A DNA stretch of 64,000 bases from Cirrosporium novae-zelandiae (GCA_026023565.1 JAPETS010000001.1:186001-250000); one strand, 5' to 3'. Shown: positions 48,681-61,582, counted from the stretch's first letter. Program-made: numbers and translations. The notes: generated from the sequence alone by a model not told the origin.

Positions 48681-51401
48681 GGCTGAGAGGGATTGGTGAC
48701 AATTATCCGAATTTATTAGAGTCAAAAGGACCGTCGGTCATAGGGTAAGGACAATGGTGAAAAGGACGGGCAAGTGGTAATCCAAGTAGGGGAGGAAAAA
48801 GGGAGATGATATTGATATGAAGAAAAAGGAAGTAATAGCGGAGCGGAGACTGGTAAACAGTCACGGGTAAAGGCCAGGTCGGGAAAATAACTGAAGTGGT
48901 TTGAGTTGTTACAATGGTCGTGAGGATCCATCGTAAGTAAGATGGGTGGATTTCTCCCAAGAATGCCGGATGAGCCATGGAACGTTGAAAGCTCAAGGTT
49001 GCGAGGGAGCCGAACGAGGGATGAAGCATCTGGGGAAGTGGAGCGTGTTGAGGTGAGGTAACATCGGAGTCATTTGAATGTCTTTGAGCCCTAGCCATCA
49101 AGCCCTTGAAGCCCTGGGAGCCTTGGAGTCCTTTGAACCGCCATTGGTACATTTTTTTGATGGTCTGTTGGTCTGTTGATCCGTCGTCGCTTGATCGCTT
49201 GAGGGAGTGAGCCCTTGCACGCCTTGTTAAAATCTTTACATTTTCACGCACTGTTCACTGTTCACTTGTACATGTACCTGGGTAAGTATAATGTGGTGAG
49301 AAATATCTAGAAATATCCAATGGCTTTGACATAAAATGATGGGATAGATTGGATAGATAACAAGATGATGCAACCACCAATATTCAATCCGAGAATTTAC
49401 AATGTCAATTGACAGTCTTAATTCTTGGATTTTTTTGATGAATCTAGAAGGTCACACCGACAAGTATGATGGTAATGGGGCAAAGGACGATGAATGTTGA
49501 AATTTTATTCGATAATTTATTGATTCCTCCATATCAGCCTGATATTAGAGAATTCCCCTTCCCTCCATTTCCCCCCCTTCCCCTTCCTTTACCCCCAGGT
49601 TTATTATTATTATTATTATTATTATTATCATTGAGAGACTACTAGGCAATTATCAAATGTTTAGATGAATTAAAAGGTTACGAGGATATGGATTTGACTA
49701 AATAAGCCGAATGCACCCTACTGCGGATTCCTCGTCATCGGACCTCTCCCCTGGGTTTCTAACAATTTACTTATTAACGGATTGGGGGAAATATCCGATT
49801 CCCCTACCTGTACATACGATTACAAGAAGAAAGAAAAAAAAAAGAAGAAAAATAAAAAAAATATATTTTCCTCTTATCATCATCGTCGTCATGATTATTT
49901 TATTATTATTATTATTTCTTCTCCCCACTATTCGTGAAACTTGAGACGGATTTACAGCCATGTAACCCTAAGCATAAAGTAAGCTCACCAAAAGTACCAC
50001 AGTCCGCCACCTCTTCGGCAATCTTTGGCACTTTCACTCTTTCGACTCTTCCGCTTCCGCACTTTGTAACCCACACCCGCCACGAATCTTTTCTCACACC
50101 CCCATGCCCATTGATTGATTGTCAGACTCAGGAGATTTTTCTACGATTTTCTACTATTTATCCTTGAAAATATCCATTCCCTGTTCAACCTCGTGCTTCT
50201 AACTTATCGTCCTGAAGTTGCACCCGCTAACCTTTCCCACCAACTTGGACCGATGAAAAAAAAAAAGACCTGAGGAAGAGAAGCCTCATCAAGCAAAGAG
50301 GCCAAGCTTCAATGTCGTGTTTCTAATTCTTCCCCCATGACCATCTTTTAGCTAAAACTACTGTCACTGTTCCTGAACTCTAACAATGCCAAAAAACCTC
50401 AAGCCTTCTTGCTGCCTACCTAGGTACACAGAGAGGTAACGAGGTAACACCCCAGTGGAGACGTCTTTTTTCTTTTTTCTTTTTTCTTCTTGGATCCATG
50501 GAAAGCCCGTGGCGTTTAGCCAGGATATTTATTTGCAATCATCAAGTCATCCATGCGCCCAGCTGTGCAAAGACCCCCTGCGTGTCCATGCAAAACTCGT
50601 ATTAACTCTTGGTATATCCAACAGCATGCTTTTCTCTTATTATCATATTTCCAATCAACCATCTGTCCAACAAAATGAATGCCCAGCCGTCTACTGCTCC
50701 TATCGGTAAAAGGGCCGACATGTACACTCGTATATTTCCTCGTATCCCTTATCTACATGCCGATGCTACATGGTCAACCGGTTCAGATCACATTCTGGTA
50801 TTGTTGAGCTTTGTCCATCTCCCATGGTATGCCGTGTATGCATATATCCTCATCTTGCGTAACTTCTTCGGCTGCGGCCTCGGGAACTGTACTCTAAGAT
50901 ACCACTTTGACTTGAGGGAGAAACAAGCTTCTCAGGTGGGGAACCCTCAAGAAACTTCTACTCCGAAACCAATTGGAAAATCCCCGTTGAATGGGGGCAA
51001 AAACCCACATGGCAGGCTATTCATCGGCAATGACCTGGTTTCCATGCATGCTATCCAGAATTCGCCCACCAGCAATCATCTAACACCTTCAATGTCACAT
51101 CAGATGCTCCCTCACCATGATTTAAATAGTGGACGCATTTCCAAAATGAAGTACTGGAGATAAGAACGCATTAGGAGAAAGCAAAAGTCATCATCGTCAA
51201 TCAACAATGTGTCATGCATTAAACGTATCGATGGTCCAAATATCCCGACCTAGATCCTATAACCCCCCTCCGAACTAGCATTAATGACAAAGATACCAAC
51301 CGATTACTATCCCACAGCATTAACCATGTTCATGTAAAGTCCCAAGTCCCGAGAAGATACCATGTCACCGGATCCATTTCAGGGTCTTTATGGTTCGTTG
51401 G

Positions 51402-53035
51402 TTATATCTTCTCCGAGGTATGTACCGGGTCTGGCGCCGTTAGCGCCTCGGCCCCCTGAACATCCTCAATAGTCTCATCGGAGAACTTAATGTCCTCTTT
51501 TACATCCACATTATCCTTCACTTTCATCAGTATCACCGGCAGGGCAATGAGCAAGCTACCACCTAGCAACGCCCAACACGAAGCAAATTCATTCATGTAT
51601 GGAATTTTAAGGGCATCCAGCCGCCATATAATAGCCGCGCCGGCAGACTGGATCCCCTTGTAAAAGCCGACAAAGTTGGCCAATCTTCGGCCATTGTTTG
51701 TCAAAGCGCCCATGAACCTGAGAATATGTTAGAGGCGTCCTCACAACTAGACGAGTGAACTTACCAGTAAATGCATGTTTGCCAAGCAGCGTCATAAAAC
51801 CCGTAAAACATCATTAGAAACATTGGCCCCGCGTAACCTGAATGGGTCCAATCCCAAGAAACGAAATCATCTGCTCCGGTGTCTGCTCGTGTATAGCGTT
51901 TCTGCCAGGCGTAACCACCACCCCATATAACCATGGTGACGGTAAAGAGAGCGCCCCAAGCAGCCTTGGCTTTGGTTGTCCGGGAAAGACTTTTGATATC
52001 TAGACATAGTCCAAAAGTGTAGGCGCCAAATATTTGGGACGTCCAATAGAGAACGTTGTTCAGAGCCTTGGTTCTGGTGTCAAAATATGCCGAGTTGACG
52101 CTGTTGAACTGGTATGTATAGAACCAATTGCTGGCAAAGAACATCGGGAAAAGAAGGACGATGTATGTGTGCGTAAAAAGTGTTTCCCACAAACCCTTAA
52201 ACTCGGACCACCACGTGGGGTTCTTCATTATGATGACCCTTGAGCCATCAGGTCGTACAACGTTTTGCGCGTCCGTCAAAAAAAAGGCAAGAAGAGCGCC
52301 AATAAATGTCAATACCATGAACCCGATATATGTTCCATCGCTCACTGTACTATTGTCTGTGGTATGGATGTTTTCGCCCAGTGGAACCTAGTGATGATGA
52401 GAATTTGCGTATCACGTTATGCAAAGTTGAATGCTTACCAAAGCTCCAATAACAGCTCCAACATTGAAGATTGCCCAGAACCAAGCAATATAATGGCCTT
52501 TGTTTCCTTCTGGAGGATAAGAGGTCATAATTTGACCTTGAGCCGTCCACAGCATGCCTGCGCAGACACCCAAATAGGCTCCTGTAAAAATACAGAATCC
52601 GGAATTCTTGGTGTGGTTGTAGCAGAGGAAGGAGGCGACATAGAGGAAATAGCCAGTTCCTCCAAAGGCAATGGTCCACTTGATCCCTAGTCTGTTTGCA
52701 ATGCTTCCGGCAAAGAAACCCACAACAGCAAAAGTGCTGTATAAAGCAACATTCGTGTTGTCGGCTGTAGTCGCATCGATCTGACCTCCTCCTCCTAATC
52801 CCGTGACGGCATTGAACATACCGGGGCACATGAAGCAAACGAATGCGACAAGTATCAGCTGGACCTGAGGTGAAGCATAGTATGGAAGAGTCCAAGGACC
52901 AATTTTGCGTGTTCTGTACTTCCAGCTTGTCGGAAGAACAGCAACACCAGCTTCCTCGGCGGCGACATCATGTGAAGTTGTTGGTGTGGTTGTGTTTTGT
53001 GTCGGAACAGCTTTCTCGTTGACTTCTTCGGCCAT
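51402..53035 (-). CDS. ngt1: UNC-93-like MFS transporter, probable GlcNAc transporter (Ngt1), exons 53035-52439, 52387-51765, 51717-51402
   Basis: VCFMCPGMFNAVTGLGGGG, AGMLWTAQG, FWAIFNVG, MFFASNWFYTYQFN and GFYKGIQSAGAA. Divergent from dam1 and next to hxk3. Confidence 0.85.
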
Positions 53036-54456
53036 GGTTAAAGAATTGACCAAGGCGACGCGTGTGAGCTTAGCTCTATGGTAATATGGAGGGAAGGAAG
53101 GTGGTAGGTTGATGATAAACGAAAGTGTTTATTAGGTTAACTGGCTGAAGACTCGTTGGCCGCAGTGATTCCCTCAATTCACTGGTTGCGCAAGAGTTTA
53201 GCAGCAACGGAATTAAGGGACAAATCTTGACTTTTATGATAAGGAGGTGAATGAAAAACGGAGACGGACGTGATGGATATTTAGAACGGGACGCGATCAT
53301 CTAACGATCCAGTAGATTATTTTCGGGGACATTGGCTATTGGCAACGTTGAGGCGTCGGAGCATCAAATAAGCAGTGCCACTAATAATGTTTGTATCGCA
53401 TGCCAAGTTCCCAAGACGAGCTCCAAGCTGCTCTGTGCAGGCCTTGGGATCCTTCAAATCATTTAATGAGGGCTCTGTATGGCCAGTTGGAAGGAGAGTT
53501 ATCTTTGGAAACAATCATTCGCCATGGTGGTGGCCCATGGGTAGGGGACCGAGATGCGGTGCTAGGGGTTGTGGTTGGTGAGTTCATCAAGCCGTATCAG
53601 CTTGTTGCCGTCAATTGACACAAGAAAATACGGAGTAGATACGGGAGATACGGTTAATTGAAAAGTCAAATGCTCGCTCGGTACAAATCGTGTCCAGGAT
53701 TGAAAAGATGGAGAAGGAGTTCAATTGATTTTGGATTATTTTGGATGAAATGCGACAAAACGTTGTAACCATGTTTCTCATCGAACACTTTAGATCAATG
53801 TAACATCAAAATAATTAAAGATAACATCTGGAGCCGGATAAACAAAAATCCCCTCTACCCAATCCCTTTCAGGTAATTACATCTACCTTGGTAATTAATT
53901 CCCTTCTTATCAGGGCCACGAGGACTATCTCCTCCGTACTTGTATCAATCTATCAAATAAACGTCCATGAACATCTCGGTGCCCCCCATCTATTCACTAG
54001 ACTTCTTATGAGTACATGCGACCGCTTCCCTGATACTGCTTCCAAGTAATACAACCTTTCCAATCCCCCGAGACCGGCAATATCAGCTTCATGGTAAGCA
54101 ATGATAAAGCCTCTTACACGTCACTGTCGCATTGCCATCATTTGGTAACAGACATAGCTTGCTGGTGGTACTGTGTGGGGAAGTAGTAGAAGGGCAAAAA
54201 GGTGGAAGACTCGGATAGACCCTCACTGCTCTGGTCGTCCAGGACCCTCGCTGACGCAGACAATGATGCAACCTCCACCCTGTCAAATCACATGGGTTCT
54301 AGATAATTCATCCTTCCTACTTATCAATACATCTAAATAATTAGTCCTTACCTGATTCTCCCCTCTTGATATCTGTAGTTCCTTTTCTTTCCAACTATCA
54401 ACATTACTACCAACTCTGCGCCGCCGTTAAAATACTCCAATATAATCCAAGACAAG

Positions 54457-55708
54457 ATGTAAGTCCGGAAGTTAGCCTGCCCATTACGGCCCAACAAGCT
54501 AACATCCTCAAGGAGAGTTATCATCCGAGATGACCCGGAGAGTGCCTCCAGGTACATAGCAGAATATATCGTTAGTACGTACTTGGATATAGAAGAGAGC
54601 AAACACCTTGGACAGTGATCTGACTGGGTCGTAGAGCGTATCAATGACTTCAACCCAACGCCTGAAAGGCACTTTGTCCTCGGTTTGCCGACGGGCAGTA
54701 GTCCAGAAATTATATACAGAATCCTGGTCGAGATGTATCATGCCGGCCAGGTCTCCTTCAAAAACGTTACGACCTTCAATATGGTATGTGTCAAGACACG
54801 AGCAATCATAACAGTATTGCTAAGACAGTAAAAGGACGAATATGTAGACCTACCGGAAGATCATTCAGAGAGTTATCACAGCTTCATGTACAAGCACTTC
54901 TTTTCCCATGTCGACGTGCAACCTGAAAACATAAACATCCTAAACGGCAATGCTCCTGACCTGCAAGCCGAGTGCAAAGCATATGAGGGGAAGATAGCAG
55001 CTGCTGGTGGGATAGATCTCTTCCTCGGTGGCATCGGCCCAGATGGTCATATTGCTTTCAATGAACCCGGCTCAAGTTTAGCTTCAAGAACTCGGGCGAA
55101 GACCTTGACACAAGATACCATTATTGCAAACTCTCGGTTCTTTAATAATGACCTCTCCAAGGTTCCACGTCAGGCATTGACAGTTGGAGTTAAAACCGTA
55201 TTAGATGCTCGAGAGGTCGTGATCATCATTACTGGGGCCCACAAAGCCTTGGCGGTGCAAAAGTGTATCGAAGGCGGGATAAATCACATGTGGACACTGT
55301 CAGCTTTGCAGATGCACGAAAATGCTATGATTGCAGTGGATGAAGATGCAACCCTGGAGCTCCAGGTAAAGACGGTCAAGGTATGGGAATAAACACAATG
55401 AAATAGTCACTGCGCTGACCAAGGAATAGTACTTCAAGAGTGTTGAGCAAGTTCAAGAGAAGACATCGCCGCTCACTAACCATTTGGAAGAGAGTAAAGT
55501 CGATGACGTCAAACGAACCAGGCAAGACCTCGTAATTAATACAAGCCTCAAGAGAGATGCAACAGCATTAGATGAGTTGACACCGGATTCCATGTCCTCG
55601 AGAATCATGGACTATGAGCGAGATTATGGTCAAACTCTGGATGGAATGCTTGCTGAAGATTACCCGTTCGACAGAATGGGTTCAAGGACTGTCACCGCGA
55701 CCATGTAA
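54457..55708 (+). CDS. dam1: Glucosamine-6-phosphate deaminase (NagB/Dam1), exons 54457-54458, 54513-54574, 54635-54783, 54835-55380, 55430-55708
   Basis: MRVIIRDD N-terminus, [24 protein letters not shown] and [23 protein letters not shown]. Four GT-AG introns keep frame. Confidence 0.95.
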
Positions 55709-55783
55709 AAAGTTTGGTTATACCTTGATGTTAAATGGCTACCTACCTACCATATATATGTATTATTATTGAAATTAGATTCA

Positions 55784-57462
55784 TCACAATTTAGAAAAGA
55801 CAGTTGCCACGGTACCACTCATTTCCACAAGTGTACTTTTATTTCGTACCCATGCCTCAATTCCCCGTCGTCCGTTCTCAACTCCTACTCCGCTCTGCTT
55901 CCAACCACCGACGGCCATCTCAGCCGGACTCTCTCCCCAGGTGTTGATCCAGGTGATACCAGCCTCAAGTTTAGCAATTATTTTATGAGCCAATTGAATA
56001 TCTTTGGTGAAAACACCGGCCGCGAGACCAAGTGTGGTGTTGTTGGCTCTCTCGATGACTTCCTCGATTGTCGAGTAGGTCAATATGGAGAGGACCGGTC
56101 CAAAGATTTCTTCTTGCACAATTTTCATAGAGTCCTTGCAGTGAGTGAAAACGGTAGGGGCTACCCAATAGCCTGTTTTGTATTTCTCGGGCATGCTGAG
56201 AGGATCAACTCCACCACATAACAGTTTGGCTCTATCGACGTCAATGCCATGCTTGATATAACCAACGACCTTTTTGTAGTGTTCTTCCGAAACCAATGGC
56301 CCAAAGTTCGTATTGGGATCCATGGGGTTACCGGCTCGGATATAATCAATCTTTTCCAACAACCTCTGCTCAAAGGCCTCCTTCATGGTATCAGGAACGA
56401 AAACTCTGGTTCCGTTCGTGCATACCTGGCCGGTACTGAAGAAATTAGCCATCATAGCACCGTCCACGGCATTCTCAATGTCTGTATCAGGGCATATTAT
56501 GAGCGGACTCTTTCCACCGAGTTCCATGGTTATATATTTCATTCCAGAAGCCGCCGAGCCTGCGACCTTCTTGCCTGTAGATACCTGGCCTGTAAACGAA
56601 ACTTTGGCAATGCCCTCATGACCTGTCAGGTAAGCCCCCACATTTCCTCCGCCTTGAACGATATTGAAGACACCTGGAGGAACTCCTGCTTCCCTGTAAA
56701 TCTCTGCAAGAACTTGACCATGTAATGGAGTAACTTCGCTGGGTTTGTAGACCATCGTATTACCGGCTGCAAGACAAGGAGCAGACTTCCATAGTGCTCT
56801 AGAAATATGTAACTTTAGCAAAATCTGAGAACGGAGAGGAATTATTCTAAACAGAGGGTGGTATTGTTTGCCTACGGGGCCTAGACCTTCCTTCATGGAA
56901 CAACTAAAGATCGTTTGGTGCAGTGAGGAATGATGGCGGCATTAGGGGACCGCAAGGAAGTTATCAGGGTAGCCTACATTTGAATAGGATAATTCCAAGC
57001 TCCAATTCCAGCGCAAACCCCAAGGGGATCTTTTGAAGTATATACCCAGGCATCGTCTCTCAATCGAGTCGTTTCACCATTCAAACCTCCACTAGCTACC
57101 AAATTGGCAAAGTATTCTAGCACGTCTGCGCCAGTTATAACATCAACTGTGCTCGTTTCCGAAAAAGGTTTCCCAGTATCTCGAGTTTCGATTTCGGCAA
57201 TCTCATCATTGCGGGTCCTCAGTATCTGGACAGCCTTTTGGAGTATTCGGGCACGAGCAACTGGTGGCGTTGATGACCACGATGGGAAAGCTTTCCGTGC
57301 AGATTCTATTGCGGCATCGACATCACTCGGAGAAGCTTCGTGGACATCTGATAATGCCAGTCCAGTCGATGGATCTATGGATCGAAAGATTTTGCCAGAG
57401 GTAGCGGACTGAACCTTGCCATCGTAGAAGAGTTGTCGAGGAGGGAAAAATGCTTCTGACAT
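55784..57462 (-). CDS. badA: Betaine aldehyde dehydrogenase-like ALDH, exons 57462-56978, 56798-55784
   Basis: [46 protein letters not shown], catalytic GQVCTNGTR and EEIFGPV. Divergent from the choline oxidase. Confidence 0.9.
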
Positions 57463-57736
57463 TATGAATAATCTCGGGGCTAGTGTTGGTCTTTCGAGAT
57501 AAGAGCTCACAGGATAGTTATCTTGTTCCAAGCACAATGTATCCTTAAGGATCTGTTGGAGGTTCACGATGACTAGATAGAAAACTAGTATTGTTTCCCG
57601 TACCTGGGAGATATCCAAAAAGGATTCAGGTTAATGTTTGACTTCAGGGAAAACTCTACCCATTTAGGTCCACAGTTGAAATATTTGATCAGTTAGATTT
57701 GTTGGATAAGCATTGATTAATGTTCACTAATGCATC

Positions 57737-57957
57737 GTGGAGCTGTTGAAACGATCTGTGGAGCAGCAGGGGGGCAGCAAAGGATTAGCAGGGGAAAGGA
57801 ATCTTGTTCGGATGGCGGTGGGAGCCGACAAGTGGGCAAGCTGAGCTTGTTAACTTAAGATGGTTATTGGTTACCTGGGGGGTCGGGGGGTATTACGTCG
57901 GTGTCACTGGGGCTTCTCCGGGGGCTTCCTTGACTGACAGGGAACAATTAACTGGGG
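57737..57957. promoter_or_regulatory. Cluster of six CreA/Cre1 consensus sites (SYGGRG) in the badA-codA divergent promoter
   Basis: GTGGAG at 57737 and 57758; CTGGGG at 57875, 57907 and 57952; CCGGGG at 57918. Confidence 0.5.
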
Positions 57958-58401
57958 GAAATCTTTACCCGATGTTAACTTGGCCAGATTTGATAACCCA
58001 AGGGAGCCCTAAGTCTCTTCCTTTTCAGGCCCTTACAGGGTTTCCCTGCAAATCTCGACGACTCTGAATACTTTTTACGTCTTCGAACTCTTGATCCGCA
58101 AATTAGAACAACTAATGGCTCTAGCTCAACGCCAAATTTATTATCTCTTGTTATCATCTATCAGTCCTGATCCCGGGCTATTGGGACTTACGAAACTTTT
58201 GCTGCCGAAGGACTCTTGCCAAGAGTCAGACCAGATTTTCTTTTACCGCATTGCAAACGGTGGCACTTGTTTATATCATGGCCACATCTGTCCAGCTTCT
58301 TGGGATCTTCCCAGCTGATACATCAATAATTCACCATTATATCTTGACATCTCTACTCATTGCGATCTTGAACATTGGTTGTCTTTTTTCAATTGCCCAA
58401 C

Positions 58402-60285
58402 ATGACTACCAACCAGCTTTCTCCTTCTGAAGCTGATGCTTTCGATTACCTCATTGTCGGAGGAGGTACTGCTGGCTGTGTAATAGCTAGCAGATTAGCT
58501 GAGTACCTCCCTCACAAGAAGATACTCATGATTGAGGCTGGTCCTAGCGACTTTATGGATGATCGTGTCTTACTCTTGAAAGACTGGTTGAGCCTTCTTG
58601 GTGGGGAGTTGGATTATGATTATGGCACAACCGAGCAACCAAATGGCAGGTAGTTGATCTCTTTAGATACATGGCCTTGTTTCTTGTCCTATCTGCAGCA
58701 GTATATCATAAGTGAAACTCTTGAGTGGCTGTATCTTTTCTTTTTGTGATTGCTTAAACGCCATGGTTCCAGATACAATGTTGAATTGAGAAGCCATTAA
58801 TGATAAAAGAGTCATGGCTAAAGAAAACTTCACGTTCTTTTAATAGAAACCTACTATATTTCTTGAACATCTTGTCCCCATTTGCTAACCTGTTCCCCAG
58901 GAAATTCTCACATCCGACACTCCCGAGCTAAGGTCCTTGGCGGTTGCTCTTCGCATAATACATTGATCTCCTTCAGACCTTTTGAATACGATTGCAAGGT
59001 TTGGGAATCACAAGGCTGCCAGGGATGGTCCTTCAAGACCTTCACACGGGTTCTCGACAAACTGAGAAACACCATCCAACCTGTCCATGAACGTCACAGG
59101 AACCAGCTCTGCAAGGACTGGGTAGATTCTTGCTCCACGGCACTAGACATTCCAGTCATCCATGACTTCAACAAGGAGATCCGTAGCACTGGCTGCCTAA
59201 AACAAGGCGTAGGCTTCTTCTCTGTGGCTTACAACCCTGACGATGGCCGACGAAGCTCTGCTAGTGTAGCTTATATCCACCCTCTCCTTCGGGGGGAGGA
59301 GGAACGACCTAACCTTACCATCCTTACCAATGCCTGGGTCAGCAAGATCAACATTAGCGGGGATGTGGCAGAGGGAGTCAACATCACCCTTCAAAGTGGC
59401 GACAAGCTCACCCTAAAAGCCAAAAAGGAAACAATCCTTTGTGCCGGTGCAATCGACACACCACGTCTGATGCTCCTTTCCGGCCTCGGTCCTCGCGAAC
59501 AGCTCGAATCTCTATCCGTTCCTGTTGTCAAGGATCTTCCAGGTGTCGGTGAAAACCTCCTGGATCACCCCGAAACCATCATCATCTGGGAGCTCAACGC
59601 CCCAGTCCCCCCCAACTGTACCACCATGGACTCCGACGCGGGAATCTTCCTCCGTCGCGAACCTCCCAACTCTCACAACGGCGATGGCGATATTGCAGAC
59701 CTCATGATGCACTGCTACCAAATCCCATTCTGCCTAAACACCTCTCGCCTAGGCTATGACACCCCCATCGACGCCTTCTGCATGACCCCCAATATCCCCC
59801 GCCCCAAAAGCAAGGGCCGCCTGTACCTAACCTCCGCCGACCCAACCGTCAAACCCGCTCTCGACTTCCGATACTTTACTGACCCCGAAGGCTACGACGC
59901 CGCCACCATCGTCGCAGGCTTCAAAGCCGCCCGAAAAGTCGCCCAACAAGAACCCTTCAAATCCTGGATCAAACGTGAGGTCGCTCCGGGACCGGGCCTT
60001 ACCTCGGATGAAGACCTCAGCGAATACGGCCGCAAAGTCGCCCATACTGTGTACCATCCAGCTGGAACCACGAAAATGGGAGATGTCCAGAGTGACCCCA
60101 AGGCCGTTGTCGACTCGAAGTTGAAGGTCAGAGGTATCAAGGGCCTGAGGATCGCTGACGCGGGTGTCTTTCCCGAAATGACTACCATCAACCCCATGCT
60201 AACGGTTCTGGGCGTCGGCGAACGCGCTGCAGAGCTAATTGCGGAAGATGCGGGCTGGAAGCTGCAGGAGGCCGCGAGGCTGTAA
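58402..60285 (+). CDS. codA: Choline oxidase (GMC oxidoreductase), exons 58402-58645, 58901-60285
   Basis: FDYLIVGGGTAG, RAKVLGGCSSHN, CAGAIDTPRLMLLSG, GVGENLLDHPE, HTVYHPAGT and TINP. Joining in frame requires a GC-AG intron at 58646-58900. Confidence 0.92.
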
Positions 60286-61582
60286 GCCCCCCCTGGCAAG
60301 CTGAGAACTGGGATATTATGATATTATATAGTGATAAAAGATACCATGCCATACTATCCATCTATTCATAGCGATAACGAAAAAAAGTTTTTTTATCCAA
60401 ATTAAACTTGACATATACCCCAAAGCATAGTCTATTTAAGACCCCTTCCAAGGTTGTTAAAAAGAAAGCAAGCAAGCCAACACTCTTACCTAAATAAACC
60501 ACTACTTAAGCGGATATACTCAGTGTTAGGGTATATATATAACCTGTTAGCTGTGTTTTAACAGCCTTTAAACCCAAAACCAAAAAAAAAGATCAAAAAG
60601 AAAATCCTACCAATCCGGTTATATAATTTCTCAGTACTGCACAGTACAATGAAAACCCATAACCCATAGATATATATCATATCAAATCAAAGCACACTTA
60701 TTTAATGACAAATCACAATAACATAATACACATTCACACATCTACGGATAGATCCAAAGTAAATTGACACATACCCATCCTTCTCCCACCTTCTCCGCAC
60801 AGTTAAAAACACAACATCAAAACAATCTGTGATTTATGATATGTAGAATCTTCCTTTCCTCACCACTAGAGAGAGAGGACTCATCCATCCATCCATGTAT
60901 TTGGATTTGGTGGTTGATTGGTTGCTAAGCTCTAGGAGCTCTGAGGTGGGGTGGTGGGGTGTTGTGGGGTGCTCAAGCCAGGTTAGGGCAGAAACCCTAC
61001 CTACAGTAATTACCGTACTATTTCCCCGTAATGAAGAGAGTCCCATAACCCTAGATCATAACCCTAATTCATAAATCATAATCATAAAGAATTGCTTTGT
61101 ACTTACTTGTACTGTACGTGCATACACTTACACTTATTTTACTTACATTCCCTTACATTCCCTTTTCCTTTTAGTAAGTATAGATAGGTATACTGTAACA
61201 TAAAGGGGACTCAGAATCCCAACTTAAAAAAAGAAAAAGGAGTGGGAGGGAGTATTGCGGTCATGCAGATAATAGTTCATTAAAACAATAATATTTTCAA
61301 CACAACAAGTAAGAAATGAAAGCGTCCCAGAAGATCCAAGCTTCTCTCCTCCTCCTCCTCCTCGCATTTAATACTTTAAGAAAAGCTTATATTCTGTAAT
61401 AAAAACTACTTAGACCTAATTATAGTTATCTAATCCAAGTCAAACTTATTCTTCCCCCCCTCTCCAGAATATTAAGGGGGAACGCAAAAAGGCTACCATC
61501 TATCCTATCACTATCCAATTTAACCATCAAACCAAAACCAAAACCATTCTACCGGCCCCCAAGGGAGGGGAGGATCGCATGT

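Noticed and set aside
48703..49251. 182-aa ORF upstream of hxk3
   Set aside because: Non-ATG start, no domain, and composition of a pyrimidine-rich leader or promoter.
50609..51163. 184-aa plus-strand ORF between hxk3 and ngt1
   Set aside because: No recognisable motifs or codon signal; likely a chance ORF, although transcription cannot be excluded.
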